From contig MU058259.1 in the NCBI GenBank assembly GCA_013265495.1, positions 442,040 to 506,039 of the forward strand: a DNA stretch of 64,000 bases, given 5' to 3'. How positions within the stretch are numbered: the first letter of the stretch is position 1; every line of letters starts with the position of its first letter. Positions 61,363 to 64,000 of this stretch are shown here, in pieces. Made by a program: the position numbers and the translations under genes. The DNA comes from Vicugna vicugna. Lineage: Eukaryota. A model generated the notes under the pieces. The model worked only from the letters and a program-made list of their open reading frames with translations. It did no database searches and had not been told where the DNA came from.

Positions 61363-64000
61363 CTGTTTTCAGTTGCTGATCTCTTAATTTCAAATGCATT
61401 TTTAAAACCCTGCATTTGTACGCACCTTCCCTCACAGTTATTATTTTTGATATCATATTTTACATCTAATTGTTTTGTGTAGCTTTTAACTGCTTATTGC
61501 AGATATGGATGATTTCACTACTTTTGTCTTTTAACCTCACTACTAGCTTTGTGTGGGGATGATTTCCTACCTTTACTGTATGCTTGCCTTTACTGGTGAG
61601 CTTTTCCATTTTGTAACTTTCTTATTTCTAGTTGTGGCCTTTTCTTTTCTGCCTAGAGAATTTCCTTTAACATTTGTTGTAAAGCTGGTTGAGTGATGGT
61701 GAATTCTTTTAGCTTTTGCTTGTCTATAAAGCTTTTGATCCCTCCATCAAATATGATGGAGAGCCTTGCTGAATAGAGTATTCTTATTTGTAGGTTTTTC
61801 CCTTTTATCACTTTGACTATTTCGTGACACTCCCTTCTGGCCTTCGAGCTTCTGCTGAAAAATCAGCTGATAACCTTATGGGAATTCCACTGTATGTTAC
61901 TTGTTGGTTTTCCTTTGCTGCTTTTAGTATTCTCTCCTTATCTTTAATTTTTGTCATTTTAATTACAGTGTGTCTTGGTGTGTTCCTCTTTGGGTTCATC
62001 CCATATGGGACTCTCTGCACTTCCTGGACTTTGGTGAATGTTTCCTTTTCTAGATTAGAAAAGTTGTAAGCTATTACACCTTTTAAGTATTTTCTCAGGC
62101 CCTTTCTCTCTCTCTTCTCCTTCTGGGAACCCTGTAATACAAATATTAGTGCACTTGATATTGTCCCAGAGGTCTCTTTAATTGTCCTCATTTCTTTTCA
62201 TTCTTTTTTTTTTCTGTTCAGTGGCAGTGATTTCCAGTACTGTCTTCCAGCTCACTGATCCTTTCCTCTGTATCTATTAGTTTACTATTGATTCTTTCCA
62301 GTGTATTTTTCATTTCAGTTATTGGATTCCTCACCTCTGTTTGGTTGTTCTTTGTATTTTCTAAATCTTTGTTGAAAACTTCTAACTTTTCATTCTGTGC
62401 ATCCATTCTTCTCCTGAGTTCTTTCATCATCATTATGATCATTACTCTGAACTTTTTCTCAGGTAGATTGCCTATCTTCACATTACTTATTTCTTCTGCA
62501 GTTTTATCTTGTTCCTTTGGAACATTTTCCTCTGTCACCTCATCTTGTCTGAGTTGCTATTGATAGTTTTATGTATGTAGTAGGTTAGTTATGTTTCTCA
62601 ACCTTGGAGAAGTGGCCCTCTGTAGGAGATGTCCTATGCCTCCCTGCAGCTCACTCCCCTCTTATCACCCAAGCTATATGCTCTGTGGGTTCCCCCTAAG
62701 AGGGCTGTGTGGGTCTTTCTGTTGTGGTGGGCTGAGTATGTGGTGGGGGAGGGGTCTGGCAGGCTTGGTTGGCCCTTGTCTTGGTTGGTTGCCAGGCTCT
62801 GCCTTGTGTGGATGCTGCTGGCTACTAGTTAGTGGGGTCTGATCATGAAGCGGCTGACTGAAGAACCCCAGGGGGCCCCAGGGCTAGTGCTAGCTCACTT
62901 GTGGGTGGAGTCAAGGTCCAGAAGACTCCAGGGCTGTTGCCTGACCCCCCAAACTGGTGGGTGAAGCTGGGTCCAGGGGTTAGTGCTGGACTACTGGCAA
63001 ATAGATCTAGGTCCTGGAGTCTGGTTGCAGGGCCCATGGATCCCAAAGCTGATGTTAGATTACTGGTGGCGGGGGCAGTTCCGGACACAGTTGGGTATAG
63101 GGTTTAGGGTGTCCCAAAGCTTGTGTTGGCCTGCTAGTGGGTAGGGCTGGGACCCATCTGGTCCCAGAGTAGGGTCTGACCTGCCATAGGCTGGCTGGGT
63201 CCATAGGCTGTGGTTTTCTTGCATCTGGTGTTTGCTCCCTGGTGGGTGAGGCTGTCTAAAGACTAGCACAGGCTTCCTAGAGGGCAGGGCTGTTGCCTGC
63301 CCACTGGTGGGCGGAGCTGTGTCTTGGCTCTCTGGTGGGCAGGACCATGTACAGAGGTGTGTCTTGAAGCAGCTGTGGGCTCAGGAATTCTTTAGGCAGC
63401 CTGTCTGTTGATGAGTGGGGCTTTGTCCCCACCCAGTTAGTAATTTGCCCTGAGGCATCCCAGCACTGGTGCCTACAGGCTGTTGGGTGGGTCCTGGTCT
63501 TGGTGCTAATGTGCTAATGGCACCTACCAGAACTGGTTTCCATGAGGTAGCAAGAGCTCCCAAATATGGCTACTGCCAGTGTCTATGTCCATAAAGTGAG
63601 CCATAGCCGCCCCCCACCTCTCCGGGAGATTCTCCAAGACCAGCAGGTATGTCTGGCCCAGACTTCTATCAAATTATTGCTTTTGCCCTGGATCCTGGTG
63701 TGTGTGAGATTTTTGTGTGCACCCTTTAAGAGTGAAGTTTCTATTTCCCCATAGTCCTATGGAGCTCCCAAAATTGAGCACTGCTGGCCTTCAAAGCCAA
63801 ATGATCTGGTGGCTTGTCTTCCTGGTGAAGGATCCCCAAGCTGGGGAGCCTGAAGTGAGGCTTAGAACTCTCATTCCTGTGGGAGAACCTCTGCACTATA
63901 ATTATTCTCCAGTTAGTGGGTCACCCACTTTGGGATATGAGACTTGATTATATTGCAAATCTGCCCCTCCTATCCATCTCATTGCCATTCCTTTTTTATG

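Larger units (their letters stand above)
56870..64000 (-). mobile_element. Decayed near-full-length L1 (3'UTR, ORF2, ORF1, GC-rich 5'UTR running off the window)
   Basis: Collinear fragments: ORF2 C-terminus (57044-57671), RT region [10 protein letters not shown]...[12 protein letters not shown] (58510-58842), [15 protein letters not shown] (59379-59675), endonuclease YTFFSSAHGTLSRVDHILGHK (~60200-60440), ORF1 NPKRNTPRHTVIKM..KDKERILKAA and coiled coil (61817-62538); many frameshifts and stops. Confidence 0.95.

Overview
Mammalian genomic DNA, almost certainly a camelid: it carries several tRNA-Ala(AGC)-derived SINEs of the Vic-1 type. It is probably X-linked, because the gene order NHS then SCML1 matches human Xp22. 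Two spliced genes lie on the minus strand. (1) The 3' part of NHS: cassette exon 39797-39859, then exons 36948-37140, 34211-34342, 30341-33322, 29913-30039 and the last coding exon 26759-27389, with a ~3.5 kb 3'UTR to an AATAAA at 23274-23279. The 5' exons lie beyond the right end of the window. (2) An apparently complete SCML1: CpG-island promoter near 21.9-22.5 kb and six coding exons (17229 down to 8903) that join in frame to 333 aa with a C-terminal SAM domain. The rest is mostly repeats: an ERV1-like LTR, PBS and internal region (3.9-7.2 kb), a decayed near-full-length L1 (56.9-64 kb), L1 fragments, SINEs, MIR/L2 and DNA-transposon relics, plus a 730-N gap. I see no clearly new multi-gene system. 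The best leads are a candidate unannotated coding first exon inside NHS, an SCML2-like SAM domain and exon-like relics in SCML1, an orphan CpG promoter near 3 kb, a 10-bp-period array beside the SCML1 promoter, and a SINE dimer inside one target-site duplication. Human comparisons are from memory and need alignment. Repeat boundaries are approximate.
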